Below are positions 40,441 to 53,860 of a stretch of 64,000 nt of DNA, in pieces (the first letter of the stretch is position 1; every line of letters begins with the position of its first letter). This DNA comes from Eledone cirrhosa (lineage: Eukaryota). The notes below the pieces were generated by a model that was given only the letters and a program-made list of their open reading frames with translations, searched no databases and was not told where the DNA came from. The stretch lies in the NCBI GenBank assembly GCA_964016885.1, contig OZ024744.1, positions 80,848,001 to 80,912,000 of the forward strand, read 5' to 3'. The translations under genes were made by a program, and so were the position numbers.

Positions 40441-40619
40441 AAGATTAATCATTTTAAAAGGTATCTATATTTAAAGTTCTAGTTAAACTTTAATTAGTTA
40501 CCTACCTAGCTGTGTGTGCTTACACACTTTACAAATTATTCCCTGTGATTGTTGTTTCATGTGTTTATTTTAGATATATATATATATCAATCAATTTCTA
40601 GTTGATATATATATATGCA

Positions 40620-40661
<42 letters not shown>

Positions 40662-40662
40662 C

Positions 40663-40990
40663 AATCGAAAGGTTGTGAGTTCAATTCTCGAACCGGGTGA
40701 TGTGTTGTTTCACTTTGCTCCAGTTTACTCAGCTGAAAATGTGTACCAGCAATAGCTGGAGGTTTAACCCTGCGATTGACTGGCGTCTTGTACTCTCAGT
40801 CGCTTCACGCCATGAAACCGAGATAAACGCCGGCCAAATGAGCCTTCTGGCTTAAGACAGACTTTAGACTTACGGCCTGCCCGCCCAGCCAGTGGGATGG
40901 CATCATCGTATGGCTAAAACAGCACGTGTTGTTACCAGCGGCGCCAAATGGCGCCCAACAGACTGGTCGGTCAAGGTGATCGAGGTGATA
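40663..40990 (+). mobile_element. 5'-truncated tRNA-derived SINE (family 2-related head)
   Basis: ggttgtgagttcaattctc..ccagtttactcagctg. The 3' part matches 27580-27685 on the opposite strand. Confidence 0.6.
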
Positions 40991-41121
40991 TATATCATAT
41001 ATATATATATATATTTTTATTTTTACTTTTATCATTATATTGTATTTTTTACTTAGTAACTTCCCTCCTTAAAAACCCTCCTTACTCCCTCTCTGAGTTC
41101 CTGTTCTTCCCCTATCCGAAC

Positions 41122-41157
41122 TTTCCTCGTGAAGGACTTCTGTTCGAAACGTTGAAA
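41122..41157 (+). ncRNA. Degenerate minimal hammerhead
   Basis: TTTC-CTCGTGA-a-GGAC ttct GTTC-GAA-ACGT-T-GAAA. Core positions 5 and 6 are mutated. Confidence 0.45.
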
Positions 41158-41289
41158 CATCCTCCACTTCTACCAAGCGTGAACCTAATATAATTGTGTA
41201 CAATTGCCTCCTGTGTTTTGTTCGTTCATTTTCAATTATATATATATATTTATATAATTTATATAATTATATATATATATATATTTATA

Positions 41290-41321
<32 letters not shown>

Positions 41322-41324
<3 letters not shown>

Positions 41325-41687
41325 ATGGAAGCTACAGAGTGGATAGACCAAGAAAAACCTGGGATGAGGTGATAAAAACTGACCTTGCTCACTTACACCT
41401 CTCTAAGACAATGTGAATGGATTGAGATCTTTGGCGCCATGCAGTTGTACAGAAGACCCGACTGGCATTGCATACAAACCTACAGTCAGTAGGCACCTCT
41501 TAACCCAATATAGACCCCACCCCACACACCCTACCCCATCTGCCCATTTCCGTCCACTGTGTCAATGACACAACAAAAAGCACTCAGTCCACACTGTAGC
41601 GTGGTCATGTAGGAGACACGGTAAAAAGCTCCCAATCCTCACTGTAAATGTGGTTGGTGTTAGGAAGGGCATCCAGCCATGATGATG

Positions 41688-41690
<3 letters not shown>
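41322..41690 (+). mobile_element. RTE LINE extreme 3' fragment
   Basis: Encodes DRPRKTWDEVIKTDL, followed by the 3' UTR. Confidence 0.8.
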
Positions 41691-41736
<46 letters not shown>

Positions 41737-41988
41737 AAGTTAACAGGTTATAATTCACTTCGTTTATTCATAATCATTGTTAATTATAACCTGTTGACAT
41801 GTAATTCCTGATTCCAGAGTAAACAGACCCACTTTTGTACTTTGTTGTGTGATCTGCCCTGCATACTAAAGTGTCAGTGAAAAACTAACACATACTCTAA
41901 TTTATATATATGTATATATTGGGTTGTGTTGTATGAAAGTTTTTTTTCTACAAATTTCTACAAATTTCATACTTGACGATCCAATATA

Positions 41989-42036
<48 letters not shown>

Positions 42037-42092
42037 TAGAATAAGAAAAATGCGAAGTTGTTGTAGATGTTAAAGAGTCCTTTATTAATAAG

Positions 42093-42167
42093 GCTGTGAT
42101 ACATATTTCAATGAAGTCAGTGGCCATGTGATTTCTCACATCCAGTGTCATAATCTCATCAGACAGC
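42093..42167 (-). ncRNA. Type I hammerhead ribozyme
   Basis: Minus strand reads GCTGT-CTGATGA-GAT..(ATGTGA gaaa TCACAT)..ATT-GAA-ATATGTAT-C-ACAGC. AATAAA at 42081-42086. Confidence 0.8.
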
Positions 42168-42200
42168 TTCATTATGTAATAAGGTTCTGGTCCTTTTTAT

Positions 42201-42314
<114 letters not shown>

Positions 42315-42436
42315 AATATGAAATATTCAAAAGAAACAAATCAATCGAAATCAAAGAAAAAAAAGTTACATTGCACAACATTATAAATGAGATGAAAAGA
42401 AGAGAAAGGGCAAGGATTATTAAGATAAAATGACAA

Positions 42437-42800
42437 AGGCATTGTCACAGAGAATGACCAGAGACACCTGCTGCAACAAGCCACTCCACCATGTAGGGCC
42501 CCTTCCTCAGATGGGTTGCTGTCAATTCTGTTTCCTAGAGGAGGTCAGTTGTATGCTTGAGGCCTCGACAGCAACTAGTGCAAAGAAGAAGTGGCCAGAC
42601 AAGCCCTGATAATTGCTTGTCTTCCTGCCCGCTGCATTGTAGGCCGCAGTACCAGGGATTGTAGCTGAAGGGACTAAGCTGGAGACGGAGAAACGTGTCA
42701 TGGCATGTCGTGTCCTAGGTCCCTGATAAGGGATTTACCTCCCTCGAATGGGAAGAGAGTAATTATGTTGTGGCACTTCCTGTCTCCACAGTCAAGGCTT
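42437..42800 (-). mobile_element. CRE-like non-LTR restriction-like endonuclease remnant
   Basis: Frameshifted translation GDRK..ITLFPFEGGKSL..DTTCHDT..AAYNAAGRKTSNY..FALVAVEASS..WLLQQVSLVIL.DNA resembles the CRE C-terminal consensus. Confidence 0.6.
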
Positions 42801-44796
42801 GCTAGCTCCCAGGAACAAAACGTAAAAAAAAGAATATCACGATGTCAGTATGAAGCAGGGAAATGTGAACATACCAAGGTTAGAAAACCACTCTTGTTAC
42901 ATTTGTTCACATATTTATACTATATTGGATGCAGCATGGCCGAATGGTTAAAGAGTTTGCTTTGCAACCATTAGGTCTTGGGTTCAATCTTACTGCATAG
43001 AATCTTGAGCAAATGTCACTTACTATAGCTTCGGGTCAACCCATCCCTTATGAGTGGAATTGGGTAGTCAGAAACTGTTTGGAAGTCTACGAGATGAACT
43101 GTATCTGTAATTCAATTGGCCAGCCTTGTTACACATATACTGTGTCATGTTGAATCTCCCTGAAAACTATATTAATCTTTAGCATGCTAGTAATTTTTAT
43201 GAGCTGTTTCCTTTGTCACTGCATTATCTATGAAGGGGAGATTACTCATATGATGCCATATGCCGCTGACTACGTGTTAAGGGTTAAGGATCTATGTGTC
43301 TGTGGGATGTTCAGTCACTTACATGTTGATTAAATGAACAACTGAAACACTTATCGTCAAAATCAATAAAAAAAATAACATTCTATTGGGGTAGTGAACT
43401 GGTAGAATTGTTAAAGAGTCAACCAGAGCTTTGTGGTATATGTTTCAGTTCTGTGTATTCTAAGTCCAAATCACACCGCCTGCCACCACCAGTGGTGACA
43501 CTTCTGCCTAGAGAGAGATATATGTCTTCAATGTAGGAAGTGAGATAATTGAATTGTTACTGGTATAATAAATACTAACAAAGGTGGCAAATGGACAGAG
43601 TTGTTAGAACTGATTTGCAGTATTTGTTCTGGATCTCTGCTCTCAGAGTTTTGTTACTTGAAATGGCAGAGTCGTTAAAATGTCAAACAAATGCTTAACA
43701 GTATTTGTTCTGGCTCTTTACATTCTGAGTTCAAATTCTGCCAAGGTCAACTTTGCCTTCCATCCATTCGAGGTCGATAAAAAAAGTACCAGTCTAGTAC
43801 TGGGGTCAGTCCTTCCTCTATATCTCTTTCTCGCTTCCATTCTCTCACTCTCTATCCTTCTCTGGAAGAAATTTGCTGTATTCAAATTTAGAGAGCGGAT
43901 AGGCTCTGCCAGGTTTTAAAAATGCCCTAGAAATGTTGGTTGTCAATACGGCACCCCTGATGACTCCCTCAAAAGTTATGGGTTCATACAATGCTAGAGA
44001 AGTTGAGAATGCAACAAAGACAGAGGAAGTGTGTATTAGAGTTTGTTAGCTAGAGAGAATTTACACCAACCAAAGTAACCAGTAACTGGTAGTCTTTATT
44101 GCTGATATACAGGTGGACTCATCACCAAAGGCAGGAGGTAGTGAGGATCCACTCTATGGCAATTTCCCCACCTCACATCACCCACCTTACATTTCAATGG
44201 TGCACCTTCAGATTTAAAAAATGTTCTCAAGTCTTCTCAGGCACCAGCACCTGGTGCCATGCCTGTGTGGAGGCAAGAGAGGTGAGTGATAGGAAGAAAT
44301 ATATCTATATATGTAAGAACGGACACAACCTTTCATAACGAAGTTTAGAATACAAGGATTTTTTTAAACGCGTTGATGTGTATGTATATATGTGTGTGCA
44401 TGTGTATGTAAGTGCATATGCATACATTTATATATATGAATATAAGTGTACACACACAGACACACTTACAAAAATACACACTTACTGACATACATTCACA
44501 CAAATACAGATACTTCACACAAACACACACACACACACATTGTGTGACAGACGGATGGATGGAAATCACTCAAATTTATATATAGATACACTGTAGAATG
44601 GACAGCAGAGATGAGTTAAAGGAAGGAAAAGAGAAAGAGAATTAATTTTGTATCTCAAGAGAAATAAGATGTGTGATTTGCATATAAGTAGAAGAATGGT
44701 AAAATGATGACTGGAACAAAACCCAAATACGTAGAAGAGAGACAATTGTCTCATTAAATACTTTGCTATTATTACTGGTAATTTTCACAGGAAGGA

Positions 44797-45615
44797 CCCC
44801 ACCACCACAACCACCACCACCACCACCACCACCACCACAACCAACACCACCACCACCATCACCACCATCATCACCACCATCACCACCATCACCACCAAAA
44901 AAAAAACGTATCTATTCCTCACTGCCAGATGAACTAAGCTAATGTAATATTAGATAGTTTATCATGAAACCATCATCATCACCATCACCATCATCATCAC
45001 CATCATCACCATCACCATTCCCATCATCATCATCATCATCATCACCACCATCGACATAATCATCATCGTCATCATCATCATCGTCATCATCATCATCTTC
45101 ATCAACCTCATCATCATCATCATCATCGACACAATCATCATCATCATCATCGTCATCATCATGATCAGGATCATCATCATCATCATCATTATCATCATCA
45201 TCATCATTATCATCATCATCAACATCATCATGATCATCATGATCATCACTATCATCATTATCATTGCCATCATCATGATCATCGTCATCGTAGTTATCAT
45301 CATCACTGCTTAACATCTATTTTTCCATGCTTGCGTGAGTAAGACGGGTTGCTAATGTAGAATTAAATGGTCTATCCAAAAGAAACTTCCACCACCACCA
45401 CCACCACCACCACCTCCAGCACTACCACTACCATAACCATCACTCACAACATCACCCAAGCCACACCACCACCACCACCACCACCATCACTCAACCATCA
45501 CCCACAGCAGCAGCAGCACCACCACCACCACCACCACCACCACCACTAAATCACCAGCACTACCACCATTACCAACACCACTACCACCATCTTGTCATGG
45601 CACTATCACTACCAC
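44797..45615. repeat. (CAC)n/(CAT)n compound microsatellites
   Basis: Direct inspection. Confidence 0.95.
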
Positions 45616-45956
45616 CTTTGTTATCATGTGTGTTACGCAAGTGTGTGATAGTAATGAGGCTATCAAATCTAATAAAATCTATTAAATATTAAATTAGGTT
45701 CAATCATTGAACTACATTTAACATTTTCCTTTTATATAAAATTACGTATTTTGACCCCAAAATTGCCTCATGATTCTTATATTAGACAGTTTTATTCCAG
45801 TTCAAAACAATTTAGTGTTTGAAAGTTAACATATGACGAAAAAAAAGGAAGGCAAAAACACTAGATGGAGTAAAAAGATACAAAACATTTAGATATTTTA
45901 AGCCCTGCTTCAACAAAGAACCCTGTTTAAAACATTAGTTTCATATACCTCAATAC

Positions 45957-46274
45957 CAGGGCCGGTGCCAGACTATCTGGCACCCTAGTCAAGGTTAGAC
46001 CCCCCCACCCCCACCCCCCACCACCACCACCATCTTGCCCAGAAAAATATCAATTTCAAAATTTTTAAACAATAAATTTAAAAAAATATTTTTTCAACAT
46101 TTATTTGTTCCTGTATGAAATAAACCAGGATAAAAAAAAAATGACCCTCAATAAAACTGAAATTTATTTATCTATTTATTTTTCAAAATTTTTTGTTGAT
46201 TTGGAGAAATGCATCCTCTGAAATCAGCGCCCTAAACGGCTGCCAGGTTTGCCTATTTGGTAGTGCCGGCCCTG
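45957..46274. mobile_element. hAT-type MITE with 8-bp TSD
   Basis: TIR cagggccgg/ccggccctg. TSD ctcaatac at 45949-45956 and 46275-46282. Confidence 0.85.
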
Positions 46275-47420
46275 CTCAATACTAACATTTACTTCATTTG
46301 TTTATATTTGCTTGTTACATAAATTTTTCTCGCCAAAGAAGGGTTTGGGGTTTATATCGAAGAATTTGTAAGGCAGTCATTTGTATTTGCCAGAAATTTT
46401 ACTGCCTAAAAATAACAACCCATTTCATACCAAACTGCATGAAACTGCACCTGGTTCTATGATGCAAAGCTGTTTAAAGTATTTATATTTATCTAGAACT
46501 TCCGTCATAATTTTTATTAAGCCCCGTTGTTAAGCTATGATACAAATACCAGCTTAAAAACAAGAAATTTAGTTATAATAGATGAGGGCGATGTCTTCTC
46601 CTTCTTTCTGTCACACACACACACTCTCTCTCTCTTTTTCTCTCTAAACAAATGACGTTCCTTTTCTCTCTCTATCTATGTACATAATCTCTTGCTTGGC
46701 GTCCCCTCCTCCTCTCTCTATATATAGATGAGGGCAACATCCTAACTTTCTGTCTATCTATCTCTTTCTGTCACCTTGAAAACACAAGGCGTTCCCTTTT
46801 CTCTCTCTATCTATGCGCATATCTCTGATTTGGTGCTCCCTTTCTCTATATAAAGGAAGCATGATCGACAGACAGACAGACAGACAGACAGCGTTCTTAT
46901 AATATAGTTTACTAAATTCCTCTATTTTCTTGATTATTTAAAAAGAATATTTGAAAATCATATGCAGCATCTTTTACTAGAAATGTAATCCTGAATGCTC
47001 ATAAAAATTCAGGCTCATATTTTGGAAATTTCCATCAGGCTTTGACGCCAACTGGTCTTAAACCATACCGTATCAACCCTTTTTACAAAAAGACTTTTAC
47101 AAAAGGTAATTTCAAAAATTCATTTTAAAAATTATTAAATAATTTTTCAACAATTTCTTTTTTGTTGTATTTCTTTATAGTTTTCCATCCAAGTTTTCCA
47201 ATAACCCTCTTGGCACCAAATAACAGGAAGTTGTCCCTGGTCCTATGAAAACAAAACTGTTAGAAGCCCAGCTTCACCAAATGTCTTGAAGGCAACAGGC
47301 TGAAAAAATTGTTGTAGCATTTTAGAATTTTATTCCATTCAACCACAGAGGCATCTAGGATGTAAGAAAGAGTTGCTAACTGTGGCATTCCAAATAAGAC
47401 ATTTACCTCATACCTAGAGG

Positions 47421-47969
47421 CAGAGGCATATATAGGGTATGGCAAGCATAGCATGTGCCATGGGCGCCACTTGAAAGGGGGTGCTAGCTGGACTAGGAGC
47501 ACTTTCTATTAAAGTCAGATCAGCTATCGTGAGAGAGTGAAAAAAGAAACTTCTTCAGATGTATGATATCTCTTTGATTATCATGGGTGAGAAACACTAT
47601 TGGTGGCTGGATCATTAAACCATTTATATAGACTATTAGGCCCATAGGTAAAAATACAGTGCTGGGAACTACATGATCACAGAGGTATACCTCTTACTAT
47701 GACTTGTCAGATATTTTAATAGGGTTTTAATATTTGTCAAAGATCAGTATTACACAGATCACTCCCTTTAAATACACTTTTGCCAATACTTTACATATAC
47801 TTAAGCATAAAAGATATCTGTCAAAATGCAGTTTAATACCCTAAACCCTCATTTATTTAAACTGCACTGTCAATCCTATTGTCTAACAACTACTATATAG
47901 CTTGTTGCATAGGCAGGGGCGCAATTTCAATGTTTGCCATAAGTGCTATTTTCCCTTGTAAAACCTTTG
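47421..47969. mobile_element. hAT-type MITE with 8-bp TSD
   Basis: TSD cctagagg at 47413-47420 and 47970-47977. Degenerate cagagg/cctttg ends. Related fragment at about 48414-48480. Confidence 0.75.
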
Positions 47970-48370
47970 CCTAGAGGCAAATGGTAAGACAATCTAGCCT
48001 CTGTCCATCAACCCTGGACAATCCAACTGGCTCCAGAATTGAGAGATATTGCATCTATAGACAAATGGAATAAATTTTTAAAATACCAGGAATCATCAGC
48101 AAAATATTATATGATAGTTTCAAAAAAAGCCTGCAAGACTAAGTCATCACACTGCCCTGTCTGTTTTCTTCTCTTCCCCCTTTTTACATGTTCTATGCCT
48201 CAGTTTCATTTTTTCTCTTTTTGTTGAAACTATATATAATAGTTGAAATAATCAATATTGTTTCTTTATTTTAGAAACTATGGTAGGGAGACGATTATAT
48301 GAGTTAGACTAATTTATTTTAGTCGGTCTGACTTATACTCTTAAATTGAAATTTAGGTATAGGTTTAATG

Positions 48371-48420
<50 letters not shown>

Positions 48421-49565
48421 TGACAAGCATGGAACGTGCCATGGGTGCCACTTGAAAGGGGGCGCTACCTGGACCTGAGAGGCCTCTCAAGAATTTCTCA
48501 CTTGCAACGAACGCGTCAAGAAACAGTCCTTTTTAAAGAGGTCTCTTGCTAAGCCCTATCAACCTCACAGCGATGATGCACTATTATAATGCATAATACG
48601 TTGCAAATGAATTCGGCGAAACTGCAGTCGGGACTTTGAAGAAAAAAAGGTATTTTTTTGTCTATACACATACAAATTTAAGGTATTTAAAACATATCAA
48701 TTATGCTTGATATTTGTGCTTCTCAATAAAAAAAGCTCTACGGACGTTTGTCCAGAGTAATAATAATTCAAATTAAAAGATATGTGTACTCAATAAAAAG
48801 CTTATATATCTTTTAACACACACACACACACACACACATACATACACTTACACACACACACATATATATATACATATACATACACATTCTTTCATACATA
48901 CATACATATATGCATACATACACACATATATACATATACCCACATATACTTACACACACACATTCAAACATACACACAAACACACGTGGCGTACTATTAT
49001 GGATGTTGACGGTAACGAAACGGGTTAAACTGTGCTAATAATAGCCCCACCCTCCAAATTAATGTCACATTACTGACCTAACCCACCTACCACTTCCAAT
49101 GAATCATCCATCTAACACTTAAACACTACTACTCCTACTCTGTAAACATATTCTTAAAATTATTTCACCAAACTTGTCTATTCTGTGTTGCATAAATTCT
49201 AACTAACTTCACTTAGTAACAACTGTTGTTCATAATATAAAAAAAAAGAAAATAAGATTTAAAACAACACACACAAAAATACACAAAAAAATACACCAAA
49301 AAATAACAAGAAAAAACAAACGAACTGGTTTACAGTGGGCGTTCGGCTTTTCTGTGTTCGGACTATTACATAACAATATATAAAACTAACTTTACTAGCA
49401 ATAAATAACTTATTTAAAACACATTTTTATATAACATTTATACAAACTAGCTTATTGTTTTCGTGTGTTTACAACAGTTACACTTTGTCTCTAGTTTAGA
49501 TTAGAAGTTGTGTAGGTTTGAAGTTAAGAAAGGAGAAAAAAAAGAACACCCACCCACACTTACAC

Positions 49566-49612
<47 letters not shown>

Positions 49613-49690
49613 CACACACATATATATATATATACACACACACTCATACGCACACACACATATATATATATACACACACACTCATACGCA

Positions 49691-49747
<57 letters not shown>

Positions 49748-49964
49748 ATACACACACAAATGGTAAGACAACGCAAGTAAGTTATCTGCCTATAGCAAAA
49801 AAAAAAAAAATTAAATGAAGAAATAAAAAATATAGAGAAAGATATACTCTTGGCATTTTAGAGACATCATCAGTGAATACGGTTTTTTTTAAAAAAATCA
49901 TTCTTTGTACATGTGGGGGACTTGATATTTATAGAAAAAAAAACCCTGCCCCACCGCCGTCTCC

Positions 49965-50012
49965 ACTGCTGCTGCTGCTGTTGTTGTTGTTACTACTACC
50001 ACTACCACCATC

Positions 50013-50043
<31 letters not shown>

Positions 50044-50071
50044 TTACTACTACTACTACTACTACTACCAT

Positions 50072-50128
<57 letters not shown>

Positions 50129-50312
50129 CATCACTACTACTACTACTACCATCACAACACACCCCACCGCCACAACCCGCCGCCGCCACTGTCACCACCA
50201 CCACCACCGCTACCACCGCTACCGCCACCACCACCACTACTACCATCACCACTGCTATTACCACCACCACCACCACTCCAACACCACCACCACCACCACT
50301 CACTCCCACTAC
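49965..50312. repeat. (CTG/TTG/CTA/CCA)n compound microsatellite
   Basis: Direct inspection. Confidence 0.95.
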
Positions 50313-50397
50313 CAGGAAGTATATATGGTATTACATGTCTTACACGAAGTTCTTACCAGCACAGAGCAGGAAGCTAACGCCTCATTCGCCAGTACTT

Positions 50398-51185
50398 TCT
50401 GTGTCGGTTACCTAGCAACCACATCATAAACAATCTGTGTCAGTTACCTAGCAACCACACTACAAACAATCTGTGCCAGTTACCTATCAACGATAAACTG
50501 ATTTCTGTTACTTACCTAGCAACCACAGATATTCTCTGTCACTTACCTAGCAACCTCAGACAATCTCTGCCATTTACCTAGCAACCACAAACAATCAATG
50601 TCACTTACTTAACAACCACAAGCAATCTATGTCAGTTACCTAGTAACCACATTCCAAGCAATCTGTGTCACCAAGCAACTGCAACCAATCTGTGTCAGTT
50701 ACCTAGCAACCTCAGACAATCTCTGCCATTTACCTAGCAACCACAAACAATCAATGTCACTTACTTAACAACCACAAGCAATCTATGTCAGTTACCTAGT
50801 AACCACATCCCAAGCAATCTGTGTCACCAAGCAACTGCAACCAATCTGTGTCAGTTACCTAGCAACCTCAGACAATCTCTGCCACTTACTTAGCAACCAC
50901 AAACGATCAGTGTCACTTACTTAACAACCACAAGCAATTTATGTCAGTTACCTAGCAACCACAAAGAATCTATGTCAGTTGCCTCGCAACCACAAGCGAT
51001 CTGTCAGTAACCTAGCAACCACACCACAAACAATCTGTCTCTCATCTAGCAACCACAAACAATCAGTGTCACTTACCTAGCAACCACAAGCAATGTAAAT
51101 CAGTTGCGTAGCAACCACAAGCAATGTAAATCAATTGCGTAGCAACCACACTACAATCAGTGTCTCTCATATTAGCAACCACAGT
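50398..51185. repeat. About 31-bp minisatellite (about 25 units, about 156-bp higher-order repeat) with core GTTACCTAGCAAC
   Basis: Unit tgtcagttacctagcaaccacaa.caatc. The higher-order block recurs at about 50542, 50698 and 50853. Confidence 0.9.
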
Positions 51186-51227
51186 TATATATGTCAAATA
51201 ATTTCACAATATCCTCCTCATTGATTA

Positions 51228-51788
51228 TCAACCTTTCAGCAATTAAACCAGCTGTATCCGGCCAGAATTCTCTCACCACTTTCTGTTGTTCAAACTGGCA
51301 GTAACTGGCCGCTCATACTGATGTTAAGGTATTGTTCTAAAAATAAATAATATCAAAATCTCAGAGATTTGATATTATGTGAGATAATTATGTGAAAAAA
51401 AACCTTTACTATGAAAATACTGTAGCAAGATGACGCCACTTGGTGTCTGGTTACTACTACTATTAACTGCCCTTAGACTGTTACCTGCCCTTAGTTCTGA
51501 CGTCAAGTTCTGAGGTCATTAGCTAAAGGCTAGAATATATAGAGTAATGTAAATGGTAAAGGGTTAACCCTTTAGCATTTAAATCAGCCATATCCGGCCA
51601 GAAATCTCACCTGTTTCTGTTCAAATTGGTGGTAACCAGTCACTCATTCTTATGTTAAGGTATTGTTCTCAAAATAAGTAATATCAAAATCTCAGATTTG
51701 ATATTATATAAGATAATTATGTGAAATAAAACCTTTACCATGGAAATACAATAGTATATATAGAGTAATGTAAATGGTAAAGGGTTAA
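51228..51788. mobile_element. Two adjacent piggyBac-type MITEs sharing the TTAA at 51564-51567
   Basis: ...taaatggtaaaggg-TTAA-ccctttagcattta... Confidence 0.8.
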
Positions 51789-52713
51789 ATTAAGTTTATC
51801 ATATTAACAGCAAACACATTTACATCAATGATAATCATTTTCACAAACTTTACCATAATCCACACAAAAAATTATATTTCAGTCTGCAGAACACAATAAC
51901 ACTTGTAATGAACTAATATAGGCCACCACAACAAGGATGTTTATGAGGAGACACATTACCTGCAATTAGACTTGGCTTACTTAAACCCTTGGGCAAAATA
52001 AGTACATGCTTTGGACCTCAGGTAAAGGGGGGAGGGGGGGTTCCAGTTTCAGATTTACAAGAGTCAACTGAAAATGTTCATAGGTTGACCAAGATACTCC
52101 CATGGAATGACCAAATGGGGTTTATTTTTCAACATAGTCCCTCCCTGGAAAGAAACAATGCAGTTATTGATAAGAAAAGTTGAAATTAATGCATGCAAGA
52201 TTTCACAGCTCTAGCATCACTCTTATGGACTTTTCAGCTGACCCTCGTGCAGTGGACCATGATGTAATATTGCAGCTGAACCTAGACCTATAAAAAGGAT
52301 GGGATGGGGTGGGAGGTTGCAATCTTTACAGTGCTTAGAGCCTCTAAAGGTCTTCAGCCTGCAAGAAATATCAACCAAATCTTACCATATGCCCATTGCC
52401 TGGTCTGATAAAAGAAAAAATGCTGTAGAATACATTGAATAAAATAAGTTTCTGGTTTAGGCACAAGACCAATAAATTTAGGGAAGGGATGTCGATTAAA
52501 TCTACCCACTTTATTTTATCGACCCCTGAGTTCAAATTAGTGGTATTTGAACTCAGAATGTAAAGGGACATAACTCTGTGCCGCAAAACATGGTATCTGA
52601 TGCTCTACCGATACTGCCAATCCATTGTATAAAATAGCGTTAATTGCACTGTCTGAAAAAAAACGGGGTGGATGGGATTGGTCACGGGAGGAGCATCTTG
52701 ATTGTGGGTTTGC

Positions 52714-52939
52714 TTAATCCTTTAGCATTTAAACCAGCCATGTTTGGCCAGAATTCCCTCACCTCTTTCTGTTGAAATTGGCTATAACTGGTCACTCATG
52801 CTGATATTAAGGTATTGTTCTGAAAATAAATATCAAAATCTCATTGATTCGATATTATGTTATGTTATTATGTGAGATAAAGCCTTTACCATGAAAATAT
52901 AATAGTATATATAGAGTAATGTAAATGTTAAAGGGTTAA
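52714..52939. mobile_element. piggyBac-type MITE
   Basis: TTAA-tcctttagcattta...taaatgttaaaggg-TTAA. Confidence 0.8.
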
Positions 52940-53684
52940 TAATGATTGACCAGGAACTAAACAAAAACACAGATAGACACTATAATAGTGCATTGCATGC
53001 TTCCAGAGAAAATAATAGTACAAGTTTTCAAAAAACATAACTTAAAAGGCAGCTTAAAAAAAAATATATAACTCCAATTACACAACTGAAATAAAAGAAA
53101 TTGTCAACCAGATGATAACCTCAACCTAATTCACCACCTTGCATGTATTAATTTCAACTCTTCTTATTAATAAATGTATTGTTTCTTTCTAGGGACTATG
53201 TTGAAAAATAAACCTCATTTAAACATTCCATGAGAATATCTTGGTCAGCTTATGAACTTTTCAGCCGACCCTCATACAATGTCTGACTATAATTCCAGCC
53301 TGTTTTTGCCCATGGTCCACACGTGTTTATCATATCTCTTACACATAAAAATTTGGCTTACACAGAACACTTCAATGGCTTGCCTGCAGTCTTCAGTCCT
53401 ACCTATTGCTGAACCCTGCTTTAGCACAAATAGTTTCTGTTGATTTGGAAACTAGGGTGCTCTATGTATCATTTTTGAGCCCTCTAGTACACAGTGCGAA
53501 GTAGTTGGTGTAAGGAAGGTTGTCCTACCACAGAAACCAAGCCCCCCCCCAAAACAAAAAAAATAGACCCTCCCCCCCCAAAAAAATAGACCCCCCCAAC
53601 CCCCCCAAAAAAAGAGAAACAAAAAAGAAACCCATTGTACTGGGAATTGTACCTTAAGTGTCCAATTATTGGCCACTCTCATAG

Positions 53685-53860
53685 GTTTGTGGTAGAGCCT
53701 ATAGCAGTGGAGACTTCCGGTGTTCTTGGCTCGCAAACCACATCCCTACTGACTGCTAGCGGAGCAGGGTTGGCCATTCGCATGTGCGAACTCTACGAGG
53801 TGGAGTAGCTGTTCCAGCACATCTCACGTAATATTATGCTCCATCCTGTCAGCTAGAACC
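53685..53860 (+). mobile_element. CRE-like endonuclease C-terminal remnant
   Basis: Translation FVVEPIAVETSGVLG...EVE*LFQHIS. Confidence 0.5.

Noticed and set aside
41733-41802. 22-bp inverted repeat in a TA-flanked island
   Set aside because: Real, but no ribozyme core, TSD or second copy was found, so it could not be interpreted.
43950-43985. CTGATGA matches here and at about 29439, 48092, 49867 and 63231
   Set aside because: No correctly placed stem II plus GAAA.
44111-44281. Plus-strand segment bounded by AG and GTGAGT as a coding exon
   Set aside because: No recognisable protein similarity and no partner exons found.
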